In this document: piece after piece, positions 9,420-19,021 of the stretch
How positions within the stretch are numbered: the first letter of the stretch is position 1
How the letters are laid out: each line of letters opens with the position of its first letter
DNA from: Nitrospira sp.
Lineage (GTDB): Bacteria > Nitrospirota > Nitrospiria > Nitrospirales > Nitrospiraceae
Assembly (NCBI GenBank): GCA_047150005.1
Contig: AP038806.1
Location: forward strand, 1,152,001-1,216,000
Length of the DNA: 64,000 bases
Direction of reading: 5' to 3'
Translations under genes and position numbers: made by a program
The notes under the pieces: model-generated
Databases searched by the model: none
Told to the model about the DNA's origin: nothing
Seen by the model: the letters and a program-made list of their open reading frames with translations, nothing else

Positions 9420-11456
9420 TCAGTTCGACGCGGGCCCGCCGGTCAGATGCGAGACCAGGTGCCGGAGCATCCGCTCGGAGCGGATGACGCCGACCAAACG
9501 TCGCACATCCTTGTCTTCGACGACCGGCAGCCAATCGAGATCATGCCTGTTCATCACGTCGCCGCCCGTCAGGCTCGTATCATTCGGAGTGACGACCACG
9601 GGATCGGCCTTCATGAAGTCCCGGACCCTGGTTGACGGCGTCTTGCCTTGCGCAAAGGCTTCGAATAGCTCGTTTCTTGTGATGACACCCTGCAAGCTCC
9701 CGTCCTCATCCAGCACGCAAAGAAACTCAATGCCGTGCTCATCAAACAGCCGGACGGCATCCTCAAACGTGTCCTCAGGAGCAAGACGATGCTCAGGGAT
9801 CGCCTCCATGAAGGTGGACAGGGGCCGGCGCTCAAGCGCACCCCAGGCCTGGGTCAATCGAGGATTCAACCGGGGGCGCCGCCATCGCAGAGCTTGGGCC
9901 AGCAGATGACGGAAGGGGGTGAGCGCGCCGGAAATTTGCGAGAAGACTTCTTTCCCCATCACGAGCACCTCGACCGCCGTACGCGCCCGGACGCTCCCGA
10001 CGCGCATGACGCCGTCGAGGAGCGCCATCTCGCCGAAAAAGTCTCCAGGTCCAAGCACGGCCAGGGTCTTCGGCTGTCCCGTGGCGTCGCGTCGCATGAC
10101 GTCGACCTCGCCCTGTTCGATTACGTAAAAATTCACCGCCGGCTCGCCCTCGGCAAAAATGTAATCGCCGGGACGATAATGCGCCCGCGCGATCCGTTCG
10201 GTTTGATCGACCCTGGGATAGGCGAGATCCCGTGGAAACAGCAGTTCCCAGGTCCAGTCGAATGCGACCTTGATCCGGCGGGACCAGGAGGGAGATTTCA
10301 GCAGGTACACGGTCCGCCAGAGCCACCAGGCCGGAAACCCAGAGAGGCGCACGCCCAGAATCTCGGCCACCGCGTTCCGTTCGCCGATGCCGCACAGTTG
10401 ACCCAAGGGTTTATAGGAAAACTGCCTGACGGGTTCCTTCCGGAGGACGCGGATAATGTTCTCCGCTGCTTGCCGCCCTTGCCGTTCGGCAAACTGGCCG
10501 GTCGTGGGAGAGATCCGGTTGTCATAGGCATTGATCACAGAGGCGCAGTCGCCGATGGCCCAGACATTCGACATCCCTCTCAACCGCATGTCGGGATCGG
10601 TGAGCAACCGACCTGCCTCCTTGGGCACATGGATGCGCTGCACCAACTGCGGCATGGTCGTGCCGATTGTGCAGACCACGGTAGCCCCGCGAAGCATCCG
10701 ACCGTCCTGCAGTTCCACCCCTTCGGCTGTGGCCATTACCGCGCGGTCGTTCAATAGGATCCGGATGCCGGCCTGCTCCATTTTCATTCGTGCGAACTCG
10801 CGCAGGGTGGAGCTCACTTCCGGAAGAATCTGATCCTTGGCGTGCACCAGTGTGACGCTGACCTCACGGGCCGTGAAATTGCCGTAGAATCGCAGGCTGG
10901 CCCGCACCAGATCGTTGATCTCGCCCGCCACCTCCACCCCGCTGAACCCGCCGCCCACGATGATGAAGGACAAATACCAGCGCCGTCGCTCCGGGTCGTC
11001 GCAGACCTCGGCCTTTTCCAGTTGCTCGGTCACATGGAACCGCAATGCGATCGCATCGCCCACCGACTTCAGCGGAAACGCATGGTCCGCCATGCCAGGC
11101 ACGAGGGTAAGGTTGACGGCCGTGCCACAGGCCAGCACGGCATGGTCGAACGGCATGCGATTCACGCGGCCGTCGGACACTTCATACTCAACTTCGGAGG
11201 CGGCCAGGTCGACCTGCCTCACGTCCTCCGTCCGGCACCGCACGCCTGGCAGCATCTGGCGCAAGGGCACTGTGACCGCGCCGGGGTTGATCGCCGCGCC
11301 GGCCACCTCCGCCAACAATGGATAGAAGACCATGTTGTTCTCCCGGCTGAACAGCACGATCTCGCAGGATTGCGGCGGCAAGTGCTTGCGCAGGATCCTT
11401 GCGCATTTCACGCCGGCGAAGCCCCCACCGATGATGACGATTCTCGTACGGTCCAT
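9420..11456 (-). CDS. Type II NADH dehydrogenase with C-terminal cyclic-nucleotide-binding domain and CBS pair
   Basis: GGGFAG and GGGFSGVE dinucleotide motifs, WAIGDC; then FAEGEP..FYVIEQGEV..LGPGDFFGEMAL (cNMP); then two CBS repeats. Confidence 0.9.
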   Translation of the reverse strand: MDRTRIVIIGGGFAGVKCARILRKHLPPQSCEIVLFSRENNMVFYPLLAEVAGAAINPGAVTVPLRQMLPGVRCRTEDVRQVDLAASEVEYEVSDGRVNRMPFDHAVLACGTAVNLTLVPGMADHAFPLKSVGDAIALRFHVTEQLEKAEVCDDPERRRWYLSFIIVGGGFSGVEVAGEINDLVRASLRFYGNFTAREVSVTLVHAKDQILPEVSSTLREFARMKMEQAGIRILLNDRAVMATAEGVELQDGRMLRGATVVCTIGTTMPQLVQRIHVPKEAGRLLTDPDMRLRGMSNVWAIGDCASVINAYDNRISPTTGQFAERQGRQAAENIIRVLRKEPVRQFSYKPLGQLCGIGERNAVAEILGVRLSGFPAWWLWRTVYLLKSPSWSRRIKVAFDWTWELLFPRDLAYPRVDQTERIARAHYRPGDYIFAEGEPAVNFYVIEQGEVDVMRRDATGQPKTLAVLGPGDFFGEMALLDGVMRVGSVRARTAVEVLVMGKEVFSQISGALTPFRHLLAQALRWRRPRLNPRLTQAWGALERRPLSTFMEAIPEHRLAPEDTFEDAVRLFDEHGIEFLCVLDEDGSLQGVITRNELFEAFAQGKTPSTRVRDFMKADPVVVTPNDTSLTGGDVMNRHDLDWLPVVEDKDVRRLVGVIRSERMLRHLVSHLTGGPASN

Positions 11457-11460
11457 GTCG

Positions 11461-12189
11461 TCACGTCGAATGCTGCACCACGCAGGACGGGCGCTCGTCC
11501 TTCCAGGCTTCATCCCACAGGCGAAAGCCGCCGGTAAATGCGTGGTGGTTGTCGCCCAATCGCGCCCATTCAGGCAGCTTCACGAGCTGTTTCGCGTTGC
11601 CGCCGCCGAGCACCACATAGTCGGCTTGAAGCGCCCGGTGGAGCGCGGTCACGACCTCATCGACATACCGGCGCCATTTCTTCTTGCCGTACCGTTGGAG
11701 CCCGCGCAGGCCGACATAGTCCTCATAGGTGCGGCCTTTCCGATAGCGCAGATGCGCCAGCTCCATCGGCACCAACACGCCGTGGGTGATCAGCGCGGAC
11801 CCGAGGCCGGTGCCCAGCCCCAAGAACAGCATGCGCCCACCTTCGTAGCTCCCGAGCGCCTGCATCGCCGCGTCATTGATCACCTTGACCGGACAGCCGA
11901 AGGCCTTCTCGAAATTAAATCCCACCCAACCGGCGGCCAGGTTCCTGGGGTCCACGGCCGGCCGGCCGTTCGAGACGGCTCCGGGATAGCCGAGCGAGAT
12001 GACGTCATAAAGCCAATCTGCCGCAAGTTCCTTGACCACCGCCACCATGGCTTTGGCCGTCATAGCCGGACCGGACGGGACCTTGCGGGACGTTCGTTTC
12101 CCGGTGGCGAGGATCTTGACGTTAGTGCCGCCTACATCGATCACGAGGACCTCGCGGCGGTTAGGCGAAGGCCGGCTGCCTTGTCTCAT
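11461..12189 (-). CDS. ppgK: ROK family polyphosphate glucokinase
   Basis: VIDVGGTNVK, INDAAMQALG, LGLGTGLGSA, ELAHL, LGGGN. Confidence 0.8.
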   Translation of the reverse strand: MRQGSRPSPNRREVLVIDVGGTNVKILATGKRTSRKVPSGPAMTAKAMVAVVKELAADWLYDVISLGYPGAVSNGRPAVDPRNLAAGWVGFNFEKAFGCPVKVINDAAMQALGSYEGGRMLFLGLGTGLGSALITHGVLVPMELAHLRYRKGRTYEDYVGLRGLQRYGKKKWRRYVDEVVTALHRALQADYVVLGGGNAKQLVKLPEWARLGDNHHAFTGGFRLWDEAWKDERPSCVVQHST

Positions 12190-12353
12190 CGATGTACCTC
12201 CATGCTCGGCGGTCGAAAAGGCCAGGAGGGCAGCTTCCCCAATCGACCGATTGCTCGGTCATCGACGTCTCGCTTGGAGAGAAGTTGCCCTATGCTCAGG
12301 ACATTGTCATCGCGGCGGTGCCGAGATCAAGGGGTTTCTCGTCGCGCTGCCGT

Positions 12354-12677
12354 TCAGGGCGCGGCCGGTCCGGAGAAGTCCTTGGGCAGGGGCACACGAG
12401 ACGGAAGCCGTCGGCGGAGGCCTACTTGGCCCAACAGAAAGGCACTCACCGGCGCGGTCATAAATAGAAACACCGCAATGAGCAATTCACGCAGGGTGAG
12501 CCCTTCGGCGGCGTGGACGACGGCCGCGACCAACAGACTGCCGACGCCCAGGGTCGTGGATTTCGTCGGGCCGTGCAGCCGCATGAAGAAATCGGGAAGG
12601 CGAACGAGTCCGAGCGCTCCCACCACGATGAACAGGCTGCTGACCAGCAACAACGCGGCGACGAGGAGATCGAGCAT
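12354..12677 (-). CDS. mrpG: Mrp/Pha antiporter subunit G
   Basis: GLVRLPDFFMRLHGPTKSTTLG; position in operon. Confidence 0.92.
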   Translation of the reverse strand: MLDLLVAALLLVSSLFIVVGALGLVRLPDFFMRLHGPTKSTTLGVGSLLVAAVVHAAEGLTLRELLIAVFLFMTAPVSAFLLGQVGLRRRLPSRVPLPKDFSGPAAP

Positions 12678-12681
12678 CGTG

Positions 12682-12951
12682 TTACTCCATGACCTTGCCG
12701 CGGGCAAGCGCCCGCGCAAGCGCCGCCGTAGCCACAAACCCGGTCAATGCGATCAGCAGCGCCGCTTCGAAAAAGATCGACGTGGACAGGTAGATGTCCA
12801 GGACGATCAGCAGCGCGATCGTATTGATGTACAACGTGTCGAAGGCCAGCACGCGGTCGGCGGGGTGGGGACCGAGCACGAGGCGTACCATGCACAACGC
12901 GAGCGCGAGCGCAATGGAACCGAAAGCCACGTACACGGCGACGGTCAACAT
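12682..12951 (-). CDS. mrpF: Mrp/Pha antiporter subunit F
   Basis: GPHPADRVLAFDTL, ALTGFVAT; true start is internal to the listed 232-aa ORF. Confidence 0.92.
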   Translation of the reverse strand: MLTVAVYVAFGSIALALALCMVRLVLGPHPADRVLAFDTLYINTIALLIVLDIYLSTSIFFEAALLIALTGFVATAALARALARGKVME

Positions 12952-13430
12952 TCCAGGATCTCCATCAGCGGCTGCTCGTACCGCGCTTTGATCGTCGCGA
13001 CGAAATGCGCTTCGTCTTCCACGTGGAGCACGTGCAGCAGCAGCACGCGGCAGTCGGGCGTCAACGCGATCGAAACCGAGCCGGGCACGATGGACACGAT
13101 GCTCGCAAAGAGAGCGATCGCGTGCGGGTGCGTCACGGCAAGCGGCACCCGCACGAATGCGGGCCGCAGGCGGGCAAGGGGCCCGAGCACGAGGCGGGCG
13201 ACCGTGATATTGGCGACGACGATATCCCACGCCACCCGCAGGGCGAGTCGCGCTGCCGAGCGCACCGAGCGGATTCCCGGTATCTCCTTCAGCAAGGGGG
13301 CGGCGACGCGCGGGATGACCAGCCCCAGCACCAGCGCCCATCCAAGGTGCGTCGGCGAGAGACCGGCCAACGCGAGCCATGTTGCCGCCAGGATCACCGA
13401 GAGCTTCGGGAAGGGACAGAGGGTGTTCAT
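12945..13430 (-). CDS. mrpE: Mrp/Pha antiporter subunit E
   Basis: DIVVANITVA, IVPGSV, LLHVL, IKARYE. Confidence 0.92.
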   Translation of the reverse strand: MNTLCPFPKLSVILAATWLALAGLSPTHLGWALVLGLVIPRVAAPLLKEIPGIRSVRSAARLALRVAWDIVVANITVARLVLGPLARLRPAFVRVPLAVTHPHAIALFASIVSIVPGSVSIALTPDCRVLLLHVLHVEDEAHFVATIKARYEQPLMEILEC

Positions 13431-14971
13431 GGGCCCGTCTCCGGATAAGGCCGGATCAGCCCCTCGCGAAGCGGCCCCAGCACGGCGTCGATATAGGCGG
13501 ATGGCGCGATCAGTTGCGCCGCCGTCTCATCGGTGTAGCGCGTGATCGGCGCCGCGAACACGACCAGGAGGAGGCTGCCTCCGGCCAGCATCGCGAGCGC
13601 CGTCCATTCTCCCGCGCGCGGAGAAGCGGCCTGCCCCGACGGCTGCGGATCGGTCGTGCTCCAGAGCAGAACGCTGCCGGCTCGCGAGCATCCGATCAGG
13701 GTGAGTACGCTCGTTACCAGAATTACCCCCCAGACGGTGGCGACGGCCGGTCCGTCGTGCGTGCTTTGGAGCACCATCAGTTTCCCGAGAAACCCGGAAG
13801 AAGGCGGGACGCCCGCCACGGTGGCCCCGCCGAATAGGAACGCGAGACCGAGCAGCGTTGCCTGGCGCAGCGGCGGCCCCGGATGCAGTTGATCGCGCAT
13901 CGCACCGCGGCTGCGTCCGAGCAGATCCGTGACGAGAAACAGGACGGCGACGGCAAGGGTGGAATGGGCCAGGTAATAGAGCGCGGCGGAGAGCGCGGCG
14001 CCGCCGCCGATCGCCACCGCGGCAAGGATGGTCCCGGCCGAGGCGATCGTCAAGTACGCGGTCATCGTGGCCAGGCGTTCGGCGCCGAGCGCCCCCACGG
14101 TCGCCAGGGCAAGCGTGACCAAGGCAACGGGCAAGAGCCAGGGGGATGTCAGCTCCATGGCGGCGCCCGCCTCGCCGCCGTAGATCAGCGTGGTCACGCG
14201 AATGACCGCGTAGATCCCGACCTTGGTCATGATCGAGAACAAAGCGGCGACCGGCGCGGGCGCGCTCGAATAGGCGGGGGGCAGCCAGAAGTAGAGGGGA
14301 AAGAGCGCAGCTTTGATCGCGAACACGCCAAGGAGCAACAGGCCCCCCGCCCGGGCAAGCGCCACGTCCTCCGGCCGTACCTGCGCGATGCGCTCGGCCA
14401 AGTGCGCCATGTTGAGGGTGCCGGTGACGCCGTACAACAGGCTGACGCCGATCAGAAAGACGCTGGACGCGGCAATGTTGATGGCGGCATAGTGCAACGT
14501 CGCGCGCAGACGGCCCAGCTCCAATCCTTGCAGCGCGAGGCAGTATGACGCGATCAACAGGATCTCGAAGAAGACGAACAGATTGAACAGATCTCCCGTG
14601 AGGAAGGCTCCGTTCAATCCCATGAGCTGAAACAAAAAGAACGGATGGAAGAGCTGCCCGCGCGCATCCCAGCCCTGCCCCGCATACAGTGCCGCCGCGA
14701 GCGCGAGCCCCGCCGTCAGGACCAGCATGAAGGCGGACAGGCGGTCCGCGACCAGGACGATCCCGAACGGCGCCGGCCAATTGCCAAGCGTGTAGACAAG
14801 CGGCCGGCCGGACTGCACGTACAAACAGATGGCGACCGCCACGGCCAAGAGACCCACGGTGGCCCCGAGGCTCAACGCGCGCGCCGCTGCCAGCGGCGCG
14901 CGCTGCCAGAGCAGGAGCAGCGCCGCCGAGAGCGCGGGCAGCACGATCGGGACCACGAGCAAATGGGTCAT
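13427..14971 (-). CDS. mrpD: Mrp/Pha antiporter subunit D
   Basis: GAFLTGDLFNLFVFFEI, KAALFPLYFWLP, TKVGIYA. Confidence 0.94.
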   Translation of the reverse strand: MTHLLVVPIVLPALSAALLLLWQRAPLAAARALSLGATVGLLAVAVAICLYVQSGRPLVYTLGNWPAPFGIVLVADRLSAFMLVLTAGLALAAALYAGQGWDARGQLFHPFFLFQLMGLNGAFLTGDLFNLFVFFEILLIASYCLALQGLELGRLRATLHYAAINIAASSVFLIGVSLLYGVTGTLNMAHLAERIAQVRPEDVALARAGGLLLLGVFAIKAALFPLYFWLPPAYSSAPAPVAALFSIMTKVGIYAVIRVTTLIYGGEAGAAMELTSPWLLPVALVTLALATVGALGAERLATMTAYLTIASAGTILAAVAIGGGAALSAALYYLAHSTLAVAVLFLVTDLLGRSRGAMRDQLHPGPPLRQATLLGLAFLFGGATVAGVPPSSGFLGKLMVLQSTHDGPAVATVWGVILVTSVLTLIGCSRAGSVLLWSTTDPQPSGQAASPRAGEWTALAMLAGGSLLLVVFAAPITRYTDETAAQLIAPSAYIDAVLGPLREGLIRPYPETGP

Positions 14972-15324
14972 GGCTCGTCCACCGTGTTGCGGTCCGGGAC
15001 GGGCTCAATGCCGTCGACATGGTCGCTCCCCGTCTCGGACCTGATCCGCACCGCGAGCGCCATAATGAAGCCGGTCATGCCGAAGCCGATGACGATGGCC
15101 GTCAAGACGAGGGCCTGCGGCACGGGATCGGCGTAGCTGCCCGCCTCCGGGGCGATGATGGGGGCCGCCCCCGACCGAAGCCGTCCCATCGAGAAAATGA
15201 ACAGGTTCGCGGCGGAGCCCAACAGCGACAGGCCGAGCGCCATCGGGAACGTCCGTCCCCGCAGGAGAAGATACACGGCACAGGCGGTGAGGACGCCGAG
15301 TCCGATCGCCAGCATGGCTTCCAT
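14968..15324 (-). CDS. mrpC: Mrp/Pha antiporter subunit C
   Basis: DPVPQALVLTAIVIGF; ATGA overlap with the upstream gene. Confidence 0.93.
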   Translation of the reverse strand: MEAMLAIGLGVLTACAVYLLLRGRTFPMALGLSLLGSAANLFIFSMGRLRSGAAPIIAPEAGSYADPVPQALVLTAIVIGFGMTGFIMALAVRIRSETGSDHVDGIEPVPDRNTVDEP

Positions 15325-18104
15325 CACATGTCCTCCGGCGAGACAGGCGCCTTGCACCGGGCCTGTCCAAGAGCGGTCAACGTCAGCAGCGTCGCGCCGA
15401 ACACCGCCATGAGGACGCCCAGATCGAACGCCATCGCGCTCGTGAGGGACAGGTCGCCGATGAGCGGGACGTGCCAGTGGCCAGTTGCGCTGGTGAGAAA
15501 CGGCGCGCCGGCCAGCACGCTGGCAACCCCGGTCACGCCGGCCAGCAGCACACCGGCGCCGATCAGGACCGGAAAGTCGATCCGCATTCGGGCGAGCATC
15601 GGGCGGAGCCCCTCGCCCATATATTGCATGACGAGCGCGAGCGCGGCGATGAGCCCCGCGAGAAATCCGCCGCCGGGCTGATTGTGGCCGCGCATGAACA
15701 CATAGACTGCCACCAGCAACGCGAACGGGAGCAGCACCCGTGCCGCCGCTGCGAAGAGGATGCCGTTCGCCGACGGCTTGGACGCGACCGACGGCGTGTC
15801 GGCGCGCAGCCCGGCGAGGAGCATCCAGGCTCCCATGGCCGCCATCCCCAGAACGATGATCTCGCCGAAGGTATCGAAGCCGCGGAAATCGACGAGCAGC
15901 ACATTGACGACGTTCGCGCCGCCGCCGCCCGGCACGCTGTTCTCCAGAAAGTACCAGGCGATCGACTCCTGCCCGCGCGTCAGCACCGCCCATGAGAGGC
16001 CCGCCACCACCATGCCTGCGCCCATCGCCAGGACGGCATCGCGTGTTCTCCGCCCACGCGTCGATTCTCCCCGCGTGGATGACGGTAGGAGCGCGAGCGC
16101 CATGAGCAGCACCAATGTCGTGGCGACCTCGACGGCAAGCTGCGTCAAGGAGAGGTCGGGAGCTGAGAAATACGCGAACGCGATCGAGGCAGCCAGTCCG
16201 ACGACACCGGCCAGGATAATGGCGACGACCCGTATGCGATGGAACCAGACGGCGCCGAGAGCCCCGGCCATCGCTGCGCCCCATACCACGGCGCTGAGCG
16301 GCGCCAGGGCAGCCGGCGCCATCTCTCCACCTTCAGTCCCCGGCCCCACGAACGGCCAGGCGCCAAGCACGATGAACGTCGCAGCCACGAGGGCCAGGTA
16401 GCGCTGAAGCGAGCCGTTCTGCAACTGATTCGTCAGGCGTCCCGCGAACGCAATCCCGCGGTCGTAGACCTGCTGGAACAGCAGTCGACCGGTATAGCGC
16501 ACCGGTACGTGCAGGTGCAGATCGTAACGATGCCGCAGCAGCCAATAAATGAGCGCCCCGCCGGCAAGAGCGATCGCGCTCATGGCCAGCGGCGGCGTGA
16601 GGCCGTGCCAAATGGCGATTTGATAGGCGGGCAGCGAGCCCCCGACCACCTCCCGCGCCGCCGCGTCCACCAGTGGGGCGACGGTATAGTTGGGCAGGAC
16701 GCCCACCGCAATGCACACGACCGCCAGGATTTCTGCCGGCACTTTCATATAGCGCGGCGGCTTGTGCGGCACGTGCGGCAGATCGTGCGGCTCGTCGAAG
16801 AACACATCGTGGATGAACCGCACGGAGTAGGCGACGCTGAACATCGAACCCACCGTGACGGCAACCGGAGCGATGCCCTCCAACAACGGCAGGCCATGGA
16901 GATCGAGCGCTTCGGCGAAGAACATTTCTTTGGAGAGAAACCCGTTGAAGAGCGGGACGCCGGCCATCGCCAGCGCGGCCGCGATGGCCAGGGCTGCCGT
17001 TTGCGGCATGCTCCGCCAGAGCCCGCCTAGCCGCCGCATGTCGCGGGTTCCGCACTCGTGATCGACGATGCCGGCGGCCATGAAGAGTGACGCCTTGAAC
17101 GTCGCGTGATTCCCGATGTGAAACACGGCGGCCACCGAGGAACTCGGCGTATCCAGGCCCATCAGGAACATGATGAGACCGAGGTGACTGATGGTCGAAT
17201 ACGCGAGCAGGCCCTTCAGATCGTGCCTGAACATCGCTACGTACGCGCCGAACACCATCGTGACCAGGCCGATGCCGGTCGTCGTGTATTCGAACACGAA
17301 GTTGCCGCCGAGCAAGGGATAGAGCCTCGCAAGCAGGAACACGCCGGCCTTCACCATCGTCGCGGAGTGCAGGTACGCCGATACGGGGGTGGGCGCCGCC
17401 ATGGCCGCAGGCAGCCAGAAGTGGAACGGAAACTGCGCCGATTTGGTGAACGCCCCCAGCAGAATCAGCGCGAGGGCGATGTTGAAACGAGGATGATCCC
17501 GGATCGCCTCGCGCGCCGTGAACCAGGCGGAGAGCTCGAAACTCCCCGCAATGTCGCCGATGAGCAGGGCTCCGGCCAACAGGGCGAGCCCGCCGCCGCC
17601 GGTCACGGCGAAGGCCATGCGCGCGCCCTGCCTGGCGAGGGGGCTGTGGGTCCAGAATCCGATCAACAGGAAGGAGGAGAGGCTCGTCAGCTCCCAGCAC
17701 ATCACCAACAGCAGCGCGTTCTCGGAGAGGACGATGCCCAGCATCGCGGTCATGAACAGCATCAGTAGCGCGTACAACCGGCCGATTCGATCCTGCGGAG
17801 ACAGGTAATAGCGCGCATAGAGAATGACCAGCAGCCCGATGCCGAGAATGAGCAGCGCGAAGAAGAGGCCCAGCGCGTCGAGCCTGAACGAAAGATTCAG
17901 GCCGAGTTGCGGCAGCCACGGCCAACTCACGAGCATCCGTTCGCCCGTCAGGACCGCGGGCGCTTCACCGACCAGCAGCGCAAGACTGGCGATGGTCGGC
18001 ACGGCGGCGGCCCAGGCGGCGGCCGTGAAGCCCCGGCGCTGCATAAGGAGCGCGCCGGCGCCGCCGACCATGAACGGGAGGAGCATGATGATCGGCAAGG
18101 TCAC
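15324..18104 (-). CDS. mrpA: Mrp/Pha antiporter fused subunit A/B (group 2 Mrp)
   Basis: 926 aa; KSAQFPFHFWLP, APTPVSAYLHSATMVKAG, DFRGFDTFGE, RGHNQPGGGF. Confidence 0.95.
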   Translation of the reverse strand: MTLPIIMLLPFMVGGAGALLMQRRGFTAAAWAAAVPTIASLALLVGEAPAVLTGERMLVSWPWLPQLGLNLSFRLDALGLFFALLILGIGLLVILYARYYLSPQDRIGRLYALLMLFMTAMLGIVLSENALLLVMCWELTSLSSFLLIGFWTHSPLARQGARMAFAVTGGGGLALLAGALLIGDIAGSFELSAWFTAREAIRDHPRFNIALALILLGAFTKSAQFPFHFWLPAAMAAPTPVSAYLHSATMVKAGVFLLARLYPLLGGNFVFEYTTTGIGLVTMVFGAYVAMFRHDLKGLLAYSTISHLGLIMFLMGLDTPSSSVAAVFHIGNHATFKASLFMAAGIVDHECGTRDMRRLGGLWRSMPQTAALAIAAALAMAGVPLFNGFLSKEMFFAEALDLHGLPLLEGIAPVAVTVGSMFSVAYSVRFIHDVFFDEPHDLPHVPHKPPRYMKVPAEILAVVCIAVGVLPNYTVAPLVDAAAREVVGGSLPAYQIAIWHGLTPPLAMSAIALAGGALIYWLLRHRYDLHLHVPVRYTGRLLFQQVYDRGIAFAGRLTNQLQNGSLQRYLALVAATFIVLGAWPFVGPGTEGGEMAPAALAPLSAVVWGAAMAGALGAVWFHRIRVVAIILAGVVGLAASIAFAYFSAPDLSLTQLAVEVATTLVLLMALALLPSSTRGESTRGRRTRDAVLAMGAGMVVAGLSWAVLTRGQESIAWYFLENSVPGGGGANVVNVLLVDFRGFDTFGEIIVLGMAAMGAWMLLAGLRADTPSVASKPSANGILFAAAARVLLPFALLVAVYVFMRGHNQPGGGFLAGLIAALALVMQYMGEGLRPMLARMRIDFPVLIGAGVLLAGVTGVASVLAGAPFLTSATGHWHVPLIGDLSLTSAMAFDLGVLMAVFGATLLTLTALGQARCKAPVSPEDM

Positions 18105-18111
18105 GTCAGCG

Positions 18112-18165
18112 GATGTCCTGCGTTATAGAAATGGTCCAACGACACCGGTTCTCGCCCGGTACCTG
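18112..18165 (-). promoter_or_regulatory. Structured 5' leader of the mrp operon, candidate cation-sensing riboswitch
   Basis: ACCGG/CCGGT hairpin competes with a GGTGTC/GACATC pairing that overlaps the SD-like CAGGA. Confidence 0.4.
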
Positions 18166-18182
18166 TGTACGTGTATATCATG

Positions 18183-18202
18183 TTGAACGGGAAACTGTTC
18201 AA
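18183..18202. promoter_or_regulatory. Inverted repeat TTGAAC-N8-GTTCAA, operator-like, upstream of the mrp leader
   Basis: Perfect 6-bp dyad read directly from the sequence. Confidence 0.35.
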
Positions 18203-18385
18203 ACGGCCGCCTGTCAGATCTGTCGGATCAAGGCGGACATCTCCGAATGTCCGCGGTACACGGAACGTGTCAGGTGAAGAGGCTGAACCAGCAGGTCGAG
18301 GTGGGTGGCGTCCAACGGTGGTGAAGATCAAGAGGCGGACCTGTGTCTCTTCCAAGCCGGCCATTCGAGCCATGGACGAGCATGC

Positions 18386-18991
18386 TCACTTCAGACGTTC
18401 CTCCACGGCACTCCAGCTGATGTTTGAAAAGAACGCGTCGATGTACTTGCCCCGCTCCGACGGCTTGTAATCGATGATGAAGGCATGCTCCCACACATCC
18501 ATCACCAGCAGGGGAACAAAGCCGGCCACGTTGCCCACTTCATGCAGCGTGATCCAGTGGTTCGAGAGCAGGCCGTTCATCGGATTCTGATAGCAGATCG
18601 CCCACCCGACCCCGCGCATCTTCCCGACGCTGGCGAAGTCCGCCTTCCAGATGTCATAGCTCCCGAAGCTGGACACCGCGGCGTGCACGAATGCGGAGTG
18701 TCGCTCGGGATCGCCGGAGCCGTGTTTCGTCATGTTGCCGAAGTAATATTCGTGCAGCACCATGCCGTTGTACTCAAACCCGAACCGCCGCTTGAGTTCC
18801 GAGTAGGCCGGCATCTCTTCCTGGTCCACTTTCCCATCCTGTAAAAACCCCATGATGTGCTCTGTCAGTCGGTTGGTCTCCTTGACATAGCCCCCATACA
18901 GCCTGAAATGGGTCTCCAGTGTCTGATCGGAGATGCCCTTCAGCCCGCTTAAATCAAACTGTTTCGCGTGGTAAGGCTCCCTTGCTGACAT
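18386..18991 (-). CDS. Fe/Mn superoxide dismutase family protein
   Basis: Metal ligands in ETHFRLY, VLHEYYF and DVWEHAF. Confidence 0.9.
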   Translation of the reverse strand: MSAREPYHAKQFDLSGLKGISDQTLETHFRLYGGYVKETNRLTEHIMGFLQDGKVDQEEMPAYSELKRRFGFEYNGMVLHEYYFGNMTKHGSGDPERHSAFVHAAVSSFGSYDIWKADFASVGKMRGVGWAICYQNPMNGLLSNHWITLHEVGNVAGFVPLLVMDVWEHAFIIDYKPSERGKYIDAFFSNISWSAVEERLK

Positions 18992-19021
18992 GTTGCTCTC
19001 CTCGATGGTAAGGGCTAGAAA

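Noticed and set aside
11332..13545. 737-aa plus-strand ORF
   Set aside because: Antisense shadow of ppgK and mrpGFE in GC-rich DNA; Arg/Ser/Ala-rich with no recognisable motifs
13527..17925. Long alternative-frame ORFs (497, 438 and 530 aa) within the mrp operon
   Set aside because: Off-frame products of high GC; only the last 118 aa of the 438-aa ORF (MrpC) is real
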